This document shows positions 26,101 through 38,390 of a stretch of DNA of 64,000 nucleotides, in pieces. Positions within the stretch are counted from its first letter, which is position 1, and the number at the start of each line of letters is the position of its first letter. The notes beneath the pieces are model-generated. The model worked only from the letters and a program-made list of their open reading frames with translations, was not told where the DNA came from and ran no database searches. Position numbers and translations under genes: made by a program. This stretch comes from Utricularia gibba (lineage: Eukaryota > Plantae > Magnoliophyta), in assembly GCA_002189035.1 (NCBI GenBank), contig CM007992.1, positions 1,860,001-1,924,000 of the forward strand, read 5' to 3'.

Positions 26101-26614
26101 ACTTGACTGACTTTGGGATCGCAAAACTGTTAGGGGACACGGATGGCATAGTGCAAACTCACACATTTGCAACCTTGGGATACATGGCATCAGGTTAGTT
26201 CTCCCTTCTATGCTATATGCAATCTCTCTGAGGCTTCTCAGTCCTTCCCTTTCTATCACAGAGTACGGTTCAAGTGGCTTGGTGTCAACAAGATGCGACG
26301 TATATAGCTTTGGCATACTCTTAATGGAAGTTTTCATCGGAAAAAGACCTTGTGATGCAGAATTTGTAGAGAATGATTTAAGCTTGAGAGATTTGGTAAA
26401 AGAGTCCATATCTGATGGAGTTTTGCACATTGTGGATCCAAGATTATTAAACCCAGATGATGCATACGTATCCATGAAGTTAAACTGCTTGTCATCTGTG
26501 ATGGAGTTGTCATTGAACTGTTCAGTGGAAAATCCAGCTGAAAGAATCACCATGAAGGATGTCATTACTTCTCTGAAAACTATATCACACGAGCTCTCCA
26601 GAACGACTTTGTAA
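23118..26614 (+). CDS. RLK-3: LRR-XII-type non-RD receptor-like kinase, 3 exons, with a single -1 frameshift (~1112 aa if corrected)
   Basis: Exons 23118-24087, 24179-26193 and 26262-26614. The only frame lesion is G3 instead of G4 at 24798-24800; adding 1 nt gives 3339 nt. Kinase motifs HCDLKPSN and DFG are present, but APE reads ASE and VAIK reads VVIK. Confidence 0.88.
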
Positions 26615-27608
26615 GACAAGAGCTCCCCGTTGAGAAGAAAATATTTTGCTTCCTAGTCATGAGTATAGCACACACACAAGTAGACTCATCCTAAATGCTT
26701 ATGGGATTTGGCCTTCTAAGCCATTTTCATTTTTTTATAGTTAAAATGATAAATTAAGATTCCTAGAAAAACACATTTAATTCGTTGCTTACAGAAGTAG
26801 AATATAAAATTCTTATTTTAAAAAATAATTTATGAATGCAGAATAAATCTTATTCTTATATGTTTTTTGTTTCCTATTTTAATTTATTTTTATTATTATG
26901 CAGTCAAATAATTTAGTTGCAGAAATCTTTTTCAAAAAAATAACACTGAAAATAAAAATTATACCCCATTGACAAAAAAAAAAAAACAAAAACAGTATAA
27001 TGAAAAATGGTTGAATGTAAACACTAATCCACGTGCTTAGACTCAATTGCTACTGTCACTTTATATCATATACATTAAGATAAATATATTATATATATAT
27101 ATATATAATGATCATTTTTCTTGTATCTTCAATGACATATGATTAATTTTCTACGAAGCTCAGCAAATAACTGATGCCAACACATAACTGAAGACAACTG
27201 AATAAAATATCTTGTAAAACCAATTTTAGTGGTTTATATGTGCATGAGTATATTAATATATATGATTAATTTATTTTTTCAATTTTTTTTCAATGAATAA
27301 ATGACTTAACCTTATAAATCATATTGCTCTTTGGATGATTCAGATTTTCAGGATGTGATATGAACGAGTATAAAGTCAAAGTCTCCCACTTTCTCAAAAC
27401 GGAGGAATTTTCCACTGCACCCACATTGCACTAAGTTTGATTCCCACATGAACTAACACACAGCGGAAAAGACGAAGAAGAAGAAGAAGACAGCACAGCC
27501 ATGCTGGATTTTTTACTGTGTTTTCTAGAAATATGTATAAAGCGAGCGGTCTTACTAATCTAAGCCCCACTACCTGGTAGTGATCACCATTTGAGTTGTC
27601 CGGAGGAA

Positions 27609-30600
27609 ATGGTACCAAGATCATTTTTCCTGCAGTTGCTTGTGTGTATTTTTCTTGCTTGTTCAAGCAGGGGCTACTTGGATTTGAGCACCGATGCGGC
27701 GGCTCTTCTGGCCTTGAAGTCCCGGTTACTTGGTGACTCTGCTTCACTCAACTGGTCTGCCACTGCTGGTGCTTCCTCTGTGTGCACTTGGACAGGGGTT
27801 ACCTGTGGTTCTCGTCATCGAAGAGTTTCTGGTTTGAATCTTTCACGAATGGGGCTGCATGGGAGTTTACCCCCGGAAATGGGGAATCTCACGTTCCTCG
27901 TCTCTTTGAACATGTCGGGAAACCATTTGAGCGGTAATCTCCCACCGGAATGGTCTGGATTGCGAAGACTGAAGTTCTTGGACTTGAGCGTGAATGATCT
28001 GAGCGGCGAGTTTCCTCCATGGGTGGGATCCTTGAGTGAGCTCCGAAAGTTCCGTCTCGATAACAACTCCTTCAGTGGCTCCCTGCCTCAATCTATAGGC
28101 AACGCATCGAAGCTTGAGACAATTGTGTTGTATTTCAACGAGATAGAGGGCGCAATACCCACATCAGTTTTCAACTTATCCAACTTATTGCTTCTCGGCC
28201 TTGGGTCTAATCATTTTTCCGGCAGCATCCCCTCACATCCCTGCTCTGGGATTCCGAAGATCAAATTTATGATACTGAATGACATCATGTTGGAAGGACA
28301 GATACCTTCCAACCTTTCGGCGTGTGCACACTTACAGATGCTCGATTTGTCAACGAATAGGCTGAGTGGCACCATTCCCGAAGGCATGAGCTCCTCATCT
28401 GCGCAGCTTACGCAGATCTACTTAGCTCAAAACAGACTTGTTGGTGAGATCCCCAAAGCGATAGGGGAATGGAGGGCTCTGGAGGTTTTGAATGCACAGG
28501 AGAATAACATAGCAGGAAGCATTCCTTCGTCATTCTCTAATTTGACCAATTTACAGAGGATGGAGATTGCAGACAATAATCTCACAGGTGCCCAAAAGAC
28601 GCTCCAAAACCAACATTCAGAGTACATCTCTTTGTCATTTCATTCATTTCCATTGTTGTTTGATGTGTGTGTATCTCCAGGCACAATCCCACATGAGTTG
28701 GGAGGACTTGGTAAACTGCGGATATTTGTTGCAAGTAACAATAACTTGATGGGAGAAATGCCAAGTCGTATCTTGAACATTACAGCTCTTGAGGTCCTTT
28801 CCATTGATCGAAATCAAATTAATGGGAAACTCCCTGGGGACTTTTGTCTTGGGCTTCCTAATCTGGCGGAGCTTTACTTGGGTGTTAATGAATTATCTGG
28901 GGAGCTTCCGCTATCCATTTCCAACTGCTCCAGTCTCCAGATTCTGGATGTTCCTTATAATCATTTTGGGGGATTATCCCAAGCACGATGGGAGAGATGA
29001 GACTGCTAACAGTAGCAAACTTTGAAGGCAATAATTTTACTGGTTTAAGCTTTCTTGCTCCACTTGCAAACTGTGAAAATCTTGGTGTGTTAACACTATC
29101 ACGTAATCCTCTCATGGCAGCACTCCCAAACGCAGTGGGTAACTTATCTACTTCGTTTCAGCAGTTTGAATGCTTCGACTGCGGTCTCCATGGACCTATT
29201 CCGGTGGAGTTTGGGAATCTTACTAGTTTGCTCCAGTTAAATCTGAAACACAATAACTTGACAGGATCCATTCCCACCACGTTGGAAAAGCTTCAAAATC
29301 TTCAAACATTGGATCTGAGCGAAAACAGCATAAGTGGTTTCATACCAAATAGTCTCTGCGTCTTGGAGAATATGGGCTTCATGTATCTTTATCAAAATCA
29401 CATTGGTGGCAGTATTCCCACATGCATTGGAAATCTCACAAGTCTGAGACAACTATCCGTCTGGGGCAATAAATTGGAATCTACGATACCATCAAGCTTG
29501 TGGCAACTCAGAGGTATTCTGGGGGTGGACTTATCTAGCAATCTCTTGACTGGTTCTCTTGCATCGGATGTCCGTAACTTACAGGAGGTGAACGTTATCG
29601 ATCTGTCGGAAAATCATTTTTCCGGTGATATTCCATCTTCCATTGGAGACATGCAAAAATTGACTCACTTTTCATTAGCATACAATGATTTTGTGGGCGT
29701 GATTCCAGAATCACTTGGCAGTATATTGAGTCTGGAAAGAGTGAATTTATCTCACAACCATCTTTCTGGGGGCATCCCAAGAGCTTTGGAGGGAGTTTCA
29801 AGCCTCGTCACCTTCGATGTCTCCTTCAACAATTTACGTGGGGAAATTCCAACAAAAGGCCCCTTTCAGAACTTCTCTTACGACTTCTTTGAATCGAATG
29901 AAGGGCTCTGTGGCAAACCTCTTACTCGATGCAAGGCCTTGAAACACATACCCCAAAAGAAAAAAATGATTCTTGCGCTTGCAGTATCATCTCTTTTCGT
30001 GATTGCTTTTGCTCTGTTCTTGATGTACATCTGGTGGTCGAGATTCAGAAGGAGCGATGGTGTTCGGGTCAAAAACAACCAGCCATTGGATGATATGCTT
30101 CACACTCGGATATCATACTACGATATTCTTAAAGCAACAGAGAATTTCAACGTTGAGCACTTGATAGGCACCGGAGCATTTGGGTCGGTCTATAAAGGGT
30201 TTTTCCCAACGAAGGGACTTTCGTAGTTAAAGTCTTCAACTTGCAAATGCAAGCGGCCCCAAGGAGCTTCGCCGTGGAATGTGAAGTACTGCGAAACCTT
30301 CGCCATAGAAACTTATGCAAAGTTGTAAGTGTTTGTTCTAATGAAGATTTCAAGGCAATCGTCTTGGAGTACATGCCAAACGGGAATCTTGATATGTGGC
30401 TCTATGCAGAAAACCAGTTCTTGAATATCAAGCAATGGTTTTCTATTATGTTTGACGTTGCTTGTGCGCTTGAGTATCTCCACTATGGCTATGCCACTCC
30501 CATTGCACATTGTGATCTAAAACCAAGTAACATACTTTTGGATGGGGATATGACTGCCCACTTGAGCGACTTCGGGATTGCAAAGCTGTTAGCAGAGACA

Positions 30601-31072
30601 ACGGATGGTGGCTTTGTTCAAACATCTACGTTTGCAACGTGGGGTTACATCGCACCAGGTGCATAAACATTCTGTATGTTTTCAATGCGTTCATATTGTG
30701 AATCAAAATGCACTTAGGATCAGCTTTTATGATGTAGAGTATGGATCTGAAGGTTTAGTTTCAACAAGGTGTGATGTGTTCAGCTTGGGGATAGTGCTCA
30801 TGGAGGTATTCACTGGAAGAAAACCCAATGACGACCAATTTACAGGAGATTTAACTTTGAGGAATTTTGTAAGGCAATCCATACCTGATGGAGTAACAGA
30901 GATAGCAGATCCAAGATTGCTGAACCAAGGAGATGTGGATTTGAGTGTGAAATTAGATTGCTTATCATCGTTGTTTGAGTTGGCCCTGAAGTGCTCCATG
31001 GAAAACCCACATGACAGAATGCAGATGAACGATGTAGCTGCCACCTTGAAGAAGATTTCAAATAAATTCTGA
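27609..31072 (+). CDS. RLK-4: divergent LRR-XII-type non-RD receptor-like kinase, 3 exons, with two -1 frameshifts (~1097 aa if corrected)
   Basis: Exons 27609-28587, 28681-30658 and 30738-31072. Lesions are G5 instead of G6 at 28968-28972 and a missing base in T5C3 at 30200-30207; adding 2 nt gives 3294 nt. Kinase motifs GTGAFGSVYKG, HCDLKPSN, DFG, GYIAPEYG. Confidence 0.88.
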
Positions 31073-33869
31073 TCTAATCATCCTTTGATAAGGAAGGTGC
31101 TTGCTTTGAAATAAAAAATTGTATTGCAGTGTTTTCCTTCTCATTTTTGTGCATGGACTTTTGTGTAGACAAATGTTACCCTTCGAAAAGACTGACCATA
31201 GTAATGAGGGTGATGATGATCCATGTACTTCTGTTAATTGCAGCCATCAAAGGAACAATTCTCAGAAACTTGAGGTTCCTCGCTATGTCCTTACAGCAGC
31301 AAAGGGGCATCATGGATACAAGTCTACTTCCACCCCCTGAAAACGACGATGTCCCATTCAACGGCTGAGCCACCACCAACAACCTGTGTGGCCTGATAAT
31401 GGAGAATGATCAGAGATACATTACCAATGAGAAGATTTTTGTGGCTGGTTTTGTATCTTGTTGATGCTCGGTAGACTTCAGTCCGTTCGAAAGGCCGGCA
31501 TTACTGTGTTTATCCAGCGCCACCATTCGGTCCCCTGCTTGGTTGCATAAATCCATCAAAAGTCTCATCCCTGCGGAGAGGATATTTGATGATGTCAAGC
31601 ACAATTCATTTCATAGCGACTGTCCAGTGCTCAGACATGCCCCAGAAATAATCTCAATGCATCGCAATTCAAAGATACAGCTTTTTCTTAGTTTCACTTC
31701 TACAGATTGCTACCAGCCCTTTACTTGTCACAACAGCAATTTGAGGACAACATATCTAATAGTGGAATCATATAGCAATTGATTCTATGCTGTTATTGGA
31801 TCGAGAATGGGAGTCCCCAAGAGCCATTTTTGCAGCAATATCCAAACTTAAAAGGTAAATGAAAACAAGAACAGAATCACATGCAGAAGGGCAAAAGCAT
31901 GCCGGATCATGGAAAGGCTGATTGTCAAGGAAGTCCTTAGCAGATTCGCAATAAACTATGGGGCTTGGCAACAGAATGATCACAAAATACACAGTGAGCA
32001 TCACCATTTTTCAGCATGAAAAGCCCTGGAGTATACCGACCAAGGGAAGCAAAGTTAACTTGAAAAAAAGGCACATGAAAAAAAAAAAAGAACTCACAAA
32101 CCATTAAACCCCACATACATTAGAACAAAAGGGTGTAAATTTATCAGATAAGCGAATGCAGAAGAATCTCAAAAAGCAAGATATTTGTCGGTTTCCTATG
32201 CCTATAACCGAAGAAAAGATAACTTCAAATGGCCCTCGACATACCAAAACCCCACGAAGTTAACACAGAAAAAGGGTGAAGGAAGGGGGGGGGGGCAACA
32301 ACCACACCTAGATATTTTGTGGACGAAGGTCTCTGACAGTACACCGCATTTTGCAGAAAGTAGAATCCTGGAATGAGCAATCTTCATGGGGCCGCTCCCT
32401 CCGGGGAAACATCTTTGGATCCTCCATCGGAAATCCGGCGATGTCTCCGAGACGGCATCCCTCCGGAACCCAATTTGTAACACAGTTCACGTGTGAGGCA
32501 CACTTGAATCCTTCAACTGTGCTTCACTGCAGACTGCACATCACTCTCTCAAGTCAACATGATGAGTCAATGTATGCTAGTCCTGTTGGATGAGGAGTGA
32601 AAAACAGAAGAGAAGAACACAATGAGAAACCTCAAAACCAGAATAAGAGAAACGAAACAACACTTCTTAAGGAATCTGGCCTGAGGGGGTCTCACTAGTT
32701 CAAACTAGGTGAGGGTGAGAGTGAAGTAAGATTGAAAATGGAAGAGTAGTCCCTCACAATATCCAAGCTGCTAGTACGCTAACTGCCGCATTACATCCAT
32801 AGGCCTTCAATTGGTCTCGATAAGTTTGTGGCCGTAGGAACGCGACCAATAGGGAGAGGTCTTGGAACATCCTTCTTTCACCATAGGAGCGACTGAATTT
32901 GCTGAAGTCTACAACCAGGATGTCCCGCTCCTTTTACAAAATCTTGATAATTAATATTTGATTATAATTTTACTTTTATCTTTAGTATCAACTCATTGTT
33001 ATAGACTCTTGTTTTTTAGAATTTTTTGAATAAAAGATCCTCAATACCTAGATATGCGTTCATGTATGTTTACTGTCATTGATTATTTGCATTCATGACT
33101 TAACTCTTGGAATTAAAGGAATGATGTTGCTAGCAAGAGAACAAAATTTATTGTATACTCTTGTGTGGCACTTAACTCAGTGAAAGAAAGCATATTTGTT
33201 TTGGGAAAAAAAGATTTAAAAAATTTCCCGTGAATAAATAAAATCCAAATCATGAGTATGACCTGCATATCTGAGTTGTGGATGGCATAAGAAGTACTCA
33301 TTGCAGCTGCCACATTAAGTTAAAGAATTGCATGACAAAAAAATATCACATCAAGGTAGAGAAAGTAGATGTTTCTTTTGAAAATTTCTGGTGAATAAAT
33401 AAAATCCTTACTTTCTGATTTTTTGGGAGGAGAAATTCCATTTTATTATCGATTTTCATTTTGTAATGGTTATTTGTCGCTACAACTTTGGTTTTTGAGT
33501 TGGGAAACTTTTCATTTTATGTTTCATTAATGAAGGCTGTCTTTCGCTTGGTATTAATTTTAGGTTTCACATATTTTACATATATATGTTGTAGTCCTTT
33601 TGCAATGTGTTCTTATTAGGATTTATGAGCACTTAGGCACTATTGGTGTATTTTATTTAGAATTAAGCTGACAAGTAAAAAGTCTTATCCTTCTGATTTG
33701 AGAAAAATATTGATTTATTTGTACTTAGGATATTTCATTGATAGATAGGTATTGAACTCATATTTGGGTCATTTGGATAGTGACAACATTCCAATACATG
33801 TGCAAAATTTTAAAGGTAATCAACGTCAATTACTCTTATCTTCTTAATTGTACATGAAGGAGCAATATA

Positions 33870-34965
33870 AGGTAATTTCTATGATTTCCTGCATGACAGT
33901 GAATAAAAAGGTATGTTATTCCTTCTTTGCATAACTGATTATCTAAAAGAATCAAAGAGATACAAGGTTACAATGACAATTATCGGAAAAGACTCCAACC
34001 CAAAAAAAATATCCATTTTTAGCTAAGCTTTTTTTTTTTCCTAAAAATCAATTTTTCTGTGATTGATATTTATACTATGTTTTCATGATGTTTACATTTA
34101 GTTTTTAAAAAATTTGTTAAACAAAGGACATCCATGAGATTCTCCCAAGCACAACAGGAATTGATGTGGCAATTTTGGTAATTAGAAATAGCAACATTTC
34201 AAATATCCTTTGTACTGCTAATGTTGATTTCTAGTGATTGATTTACAATGTCTGAAATTTTTCAATTAATTAAAAGTAAAAAAATAATAGATATCGTACA
34301 CTAGAGTTTGTGGTGCTGAGAATTTTTTTATCTATCCTTTGACAAAGCAAATAACAGAAACCATATACTAGAGTTTGCGTCTAGGGACTGAAAGCATTGG
34401 AGAAGAAATATAAAAATTCCCAACAGCTCAAATTCAGGCTGCCTGAGATACGACTTTCAAAAGCGACGTTTGCCGGATATAAAAATTACCAGTATCTAAA
34501 ATGGGTGTATGATGAATTTAGTAATCTGACACAATTCGTAAGTTTGATAATTAAATACATGAAAAAGAAATATAAAATTAATAAAAATAATATGAAATAG
34601 TGGATAGTAAGAATATAAATTTATATCCTATTTCTCAAACTCTCCCTAGCCTTTGCCCCATTTCCCTTTTTAACTCAATCCCCAGCACAAGCAGAGGGCA
34701 AAAGACACCGCAATTAGCCACCAAAGCGGACATAGTTTCCCGGCATAATTTTTTGATTGGTATTTAGGTTCCATTCGAAATACTTTTTTTACTTTATATT
34801 CTCATTTTCTTAAGAATAAGAATGAGTTTTTAATGGAATATAAAATATGTAATAATAATGATATAAATGAGAATATAAAATGAGTTGTAAGATAAAGAAT
34901 CATGACTATTAAGCATATCAAGTAATAAGGACTAACTACCCGTTGGATGACTATGAATTGATTGT
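33870..34965 (+). repeat. ~1.1-kb non-coding block, copy 1 (direct repeat of 55870-58260)
   Basis: Collinear matches include aaaaggtatgttattcc..gcataact, ggacatccatgag.ttctcccaag, gtactgctaatgttgattt, ccagtatctaaaatgggtgtatgatg and aataaggact.actac.cgttggatga. Confidence 0.85.
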
Positions 34966-37689
34966 TTCACTGTAAATTGTTCCACTCATGAAGTGGCTAG
35001 TATCATATGAAGAACGTTCAAATATAAGTTAATAAAAAGAACTAAATGAAGACATTATTGCTTTTGATTTCAATTAGAAAGATCCTAGAAATACTGACCA
35101 AAGGTGAACAAAACTACCATGTAAATAGAAAAAGTAGACATACTTTTAAAGTATATCAAAAGAGAAATATAAACTTAATATAAAAAAACAACTAACACCA
35201 TGGAAAGATAGAAGTCACAAAAAAAAAAAAAATACAAATGATAAGAAAACAGAAACACTCACCAGTTAGTTATAAGCCTAATCATGAGTAGATCCCAGAG
35301 TTATAATGTAATTTTTTAATTTTTTTTCGAATTTTTTGTTTTCTCTAGGAATATTTTAAGCTATTTGTTAACTTATAAAATGATTTTTTTTAAAATTATT
35401 TTTTATTTTGGTAATTGAAAAGGTTTTTTAAAAAAATGGACCGTGTGGTAAATCACATGACCCATTCTTCTACTAATAAAAAAATAAAGCACTCGTGTGG
35501 TAACTGAATGTAGGGCCTATGGTCCCTTTAATAATTCAACATATTTGCTTACAATTATTTGGAAGGAATGAAATTGTGTTCAAGAGTCACTAACAAAATC
35601 ACAAGTACAATTCACCTGAGTAAACACAAAAACTCTCAAGCATCCATTGAAGTGACATCTCACTTCCTTAAGAGATGACTGAGTGTGTAACATGTGATTC
35701 TTGCGCTATGTAAGATGATCAACATTGTATTTGGTAAACGAGGATATTCTCATCGCCCTCATTGATTAGTTTAGTCGATTCTAAAACCTCAACACAATTT
35801 GCAACACTTAATTGGTCTTTAAAGTTAACGTGATGCATGTTAGCAATAGCAATCTGTTTCGTGGACTTTGCAATCAAGTCATTATTACTACAATGCCCTG
35901 GTATCCACTTTTTAGAATGTTTCAATATTTTTGATTCTTCAATTATTACTAGGGAGCTTTTATCAGACAGAGGTGTACAAAGTTTTCAATGGAAGGGATA
36001 AAATCATTCATGCACTTTGTGTTGCCTTCAAATATTTGTTTAGAATCATCGTTCATTTATTGAGGTAGTATGTTAGAACTTGGGAGTATAACTATGTTGA
36101 TCATATGATAATATTCTACCGAACACTCCTATTGAAGGGTGTGAAGCATCTTAAAATTTCTTGGCATCTGAATTCTCTTATAATACAGATACATGTGTAC
36201 ATCATTAAATTAAGATGCAATACTCAAATCATCTCATTTTAACCTAAAAATATTAACTAATAGACTACTTCTATCGTAAATCCCATTAATCATCTTTTGC
36301 CATGATCATAACTTTGTTAGATTCAACCCACAACAATCCACTTCTTCAAATGAGACTACACTGTCCACAACCCTCGAAGTTCTAGCCATTTGTTCTTTAT
36401 TTGTTGTATTATATATTCACAACTTATTTGCTAATTGAACTCGGTAAGATGATAATTTGATCCAGTCTTGTTCAAAGACTTTGTAGGATGATTCCCAATG
36501 GATCATTTAATCTTGATACACCTCTAACAGTATTAGTATCCATCCTTGAATTTTTCTGTGTGCAATTTTGTTGTTCATTACAAATTTTTGGTATTTTTTT
36601 TTATCTATGTCCATGATGTTCCTAAATTTGGAAATAAAGACACAAGTAAATGAGATCAAACTCAGATAAAATTTATGACATAATTCAAGCAAGTGACATT
36701 ATGTGGAAAATGTAGGAAAGTTTAATTTAAAACTAAGCTTAATCTTCACATAACGTATATACAAAATTGACAAAATCAATCATTCCCCCACATTCTACAT
36801 ATTTTCATAGGTTAGTGAAATCAGTTAATTCATAAGAAACAACAAAAGAATTAGAAGTATATCAAATCCGTAGCATGTTGAATATTAAAAAAAAATGACT
36901 TATTTTCTCATATCAGATACAAATCTATGCGCACCAAATAGGAGTGTGAGGTAGCTTATGGATTATGGAATAAATCTAAAAACTTATCGATGATGATCAA
37001 ATTCAGCGAGTTAAAATCGAGATAGCTATGATGATCGTGAAATTTAACTTATATTGAGAATTAGATTTTTGAAAAAAAATTAGGTGATTTTTGGGAATAT
37101 TTTTGTAAAATATATTATGAAAATGCATTTCAAAAAATGAGAAAATGGAATATCTAATCTTTTTTGAAGGAATATATTTTTTTAGAATGATAATTTGCAT
37201 TATGTGACAATGAAGATTAAAAAAAATATATTTTTTATTTTTTCACTTTCTCATTCTATAATGAGAATGTAAAAAATATGTATGTAGAACATGCTCTCAA
37301 ATTGCTAGAGCATTCGGTTCTATTTTTTGAAATGGTATCTTACATGTGTCTTTAGTTCAAGAGAGATCTTAGCATCTATGAAATTCCAAATTAAATTTAT
37401 AATGAAGGAAAGCACTTGGAAGAGAAATGAAAACCACATGCTTTAATAAATATGACCAGTGAGGTGATTCATGAGAAGGGAAGCAGAGGAAAAATCAATG
37501 CTCATGGTGACCTCCTACTATGATACCATGAGAAAAACATTGGATAGATCACCGTCATCAACATGTTAAATTCAGCTTTATAATATAATGGTTCAACAAT
37601 AAACACTATTTAGATGTCGCAAGTTGATACATATGCTAAATGGTGATTGATCATCCAAACATTGGGCAAGTAAAGTGCTAACTACCATG

Positions 37690-38390
37690 AAACTATTTTG
37701 CACGACATAGAGGGATTCATCTAGTGCTTGGATCAATGTACAAATCAGACTTTATTGATGGAATGTTACACGAATTGATTCAAAGTACAATTTATAGCCC
37801 CCAAAATGATTGCATTATGACTCCCTTGCTATTGAAATTAAATCTCAAAAAGATTTAGTGGGCAATGTTACTGGTGTGAATAGTGTGCGATGTTTGTGGA
37901 ATGCTCTTGAAAGTCATTATGCCCAAATGAATTTGAATATGTTCTATTAAGTGTAATATCATAAGCAATGCCATGTTTGTTGAATATTACATACAGTTAA
38001 ATGCTTTTTTGAGTGACCTAGAGATGTTAGCACTAGAAGTACATTACATAGACTTTAGGCACATTATTTCATGCAATGATATATATGAAGCTATATGAAA
38101 TTGTCTCAATTCTTGTGAAGATTGAATGAGAAATATGGAACTACAAAGAAATCAGATTGACCAAAACTCCGTTAATCAATAAGGCATATTCTATCTTGCT
38201 TAATGTGGGGTTGATTGAAAATGCAGGCGAAACAACATTTTTAGAAAATGATCCATAAATGTGAGTCACCATGTTGAGGGAAAGAAGATGTTTCAGCATT
38301 TGGGGCTATGAACTAAAATGAAAAATAAAAAAAATCCTGGTTCGATGGCGATTGTAAGAAAGCTAGTCATTTAAGGGGAGAATTACTATC
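37690..38390 (+). mobile_element. Highly degenerate Copia gag remnant
   Basis: Broken frames give KSDFIDG, NDCI, CLWNALESHYAQMN and zinc-knuckle-like RCFSIWGY. Confidence 0.5.

Noticed and set aside
12700-29850. Regular ~72-nt periodic repeats suggestive of an array
   Set aside because: This is the 24-aa LRR coding periodicity. There are no identical repeats with unique spacers, so it is not CRISPR-like or satellite DNA.
10996-31044. Recurrent minus-strand ORFs opposite RLK exons (e.g. 15491-15721, 20514-20909, 26035-26619, 30727-31044)
   Set aside because: Antisense shadows of duplicated coding sequence. They recur because the sense gene is duplicated, not because they are separate genes.
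31915-32010. Possible miRNA hairpin (gctga...tcagc ends)
   Set aside because: No extended stem is visible and it does not match any conserved plant miRNA I recognise.
35560-36700. Possible minus-strand Copia gag/protease remnant
   Set aside because: Only a faint LPNT..DHLT similarity, which is insufficient for a call.
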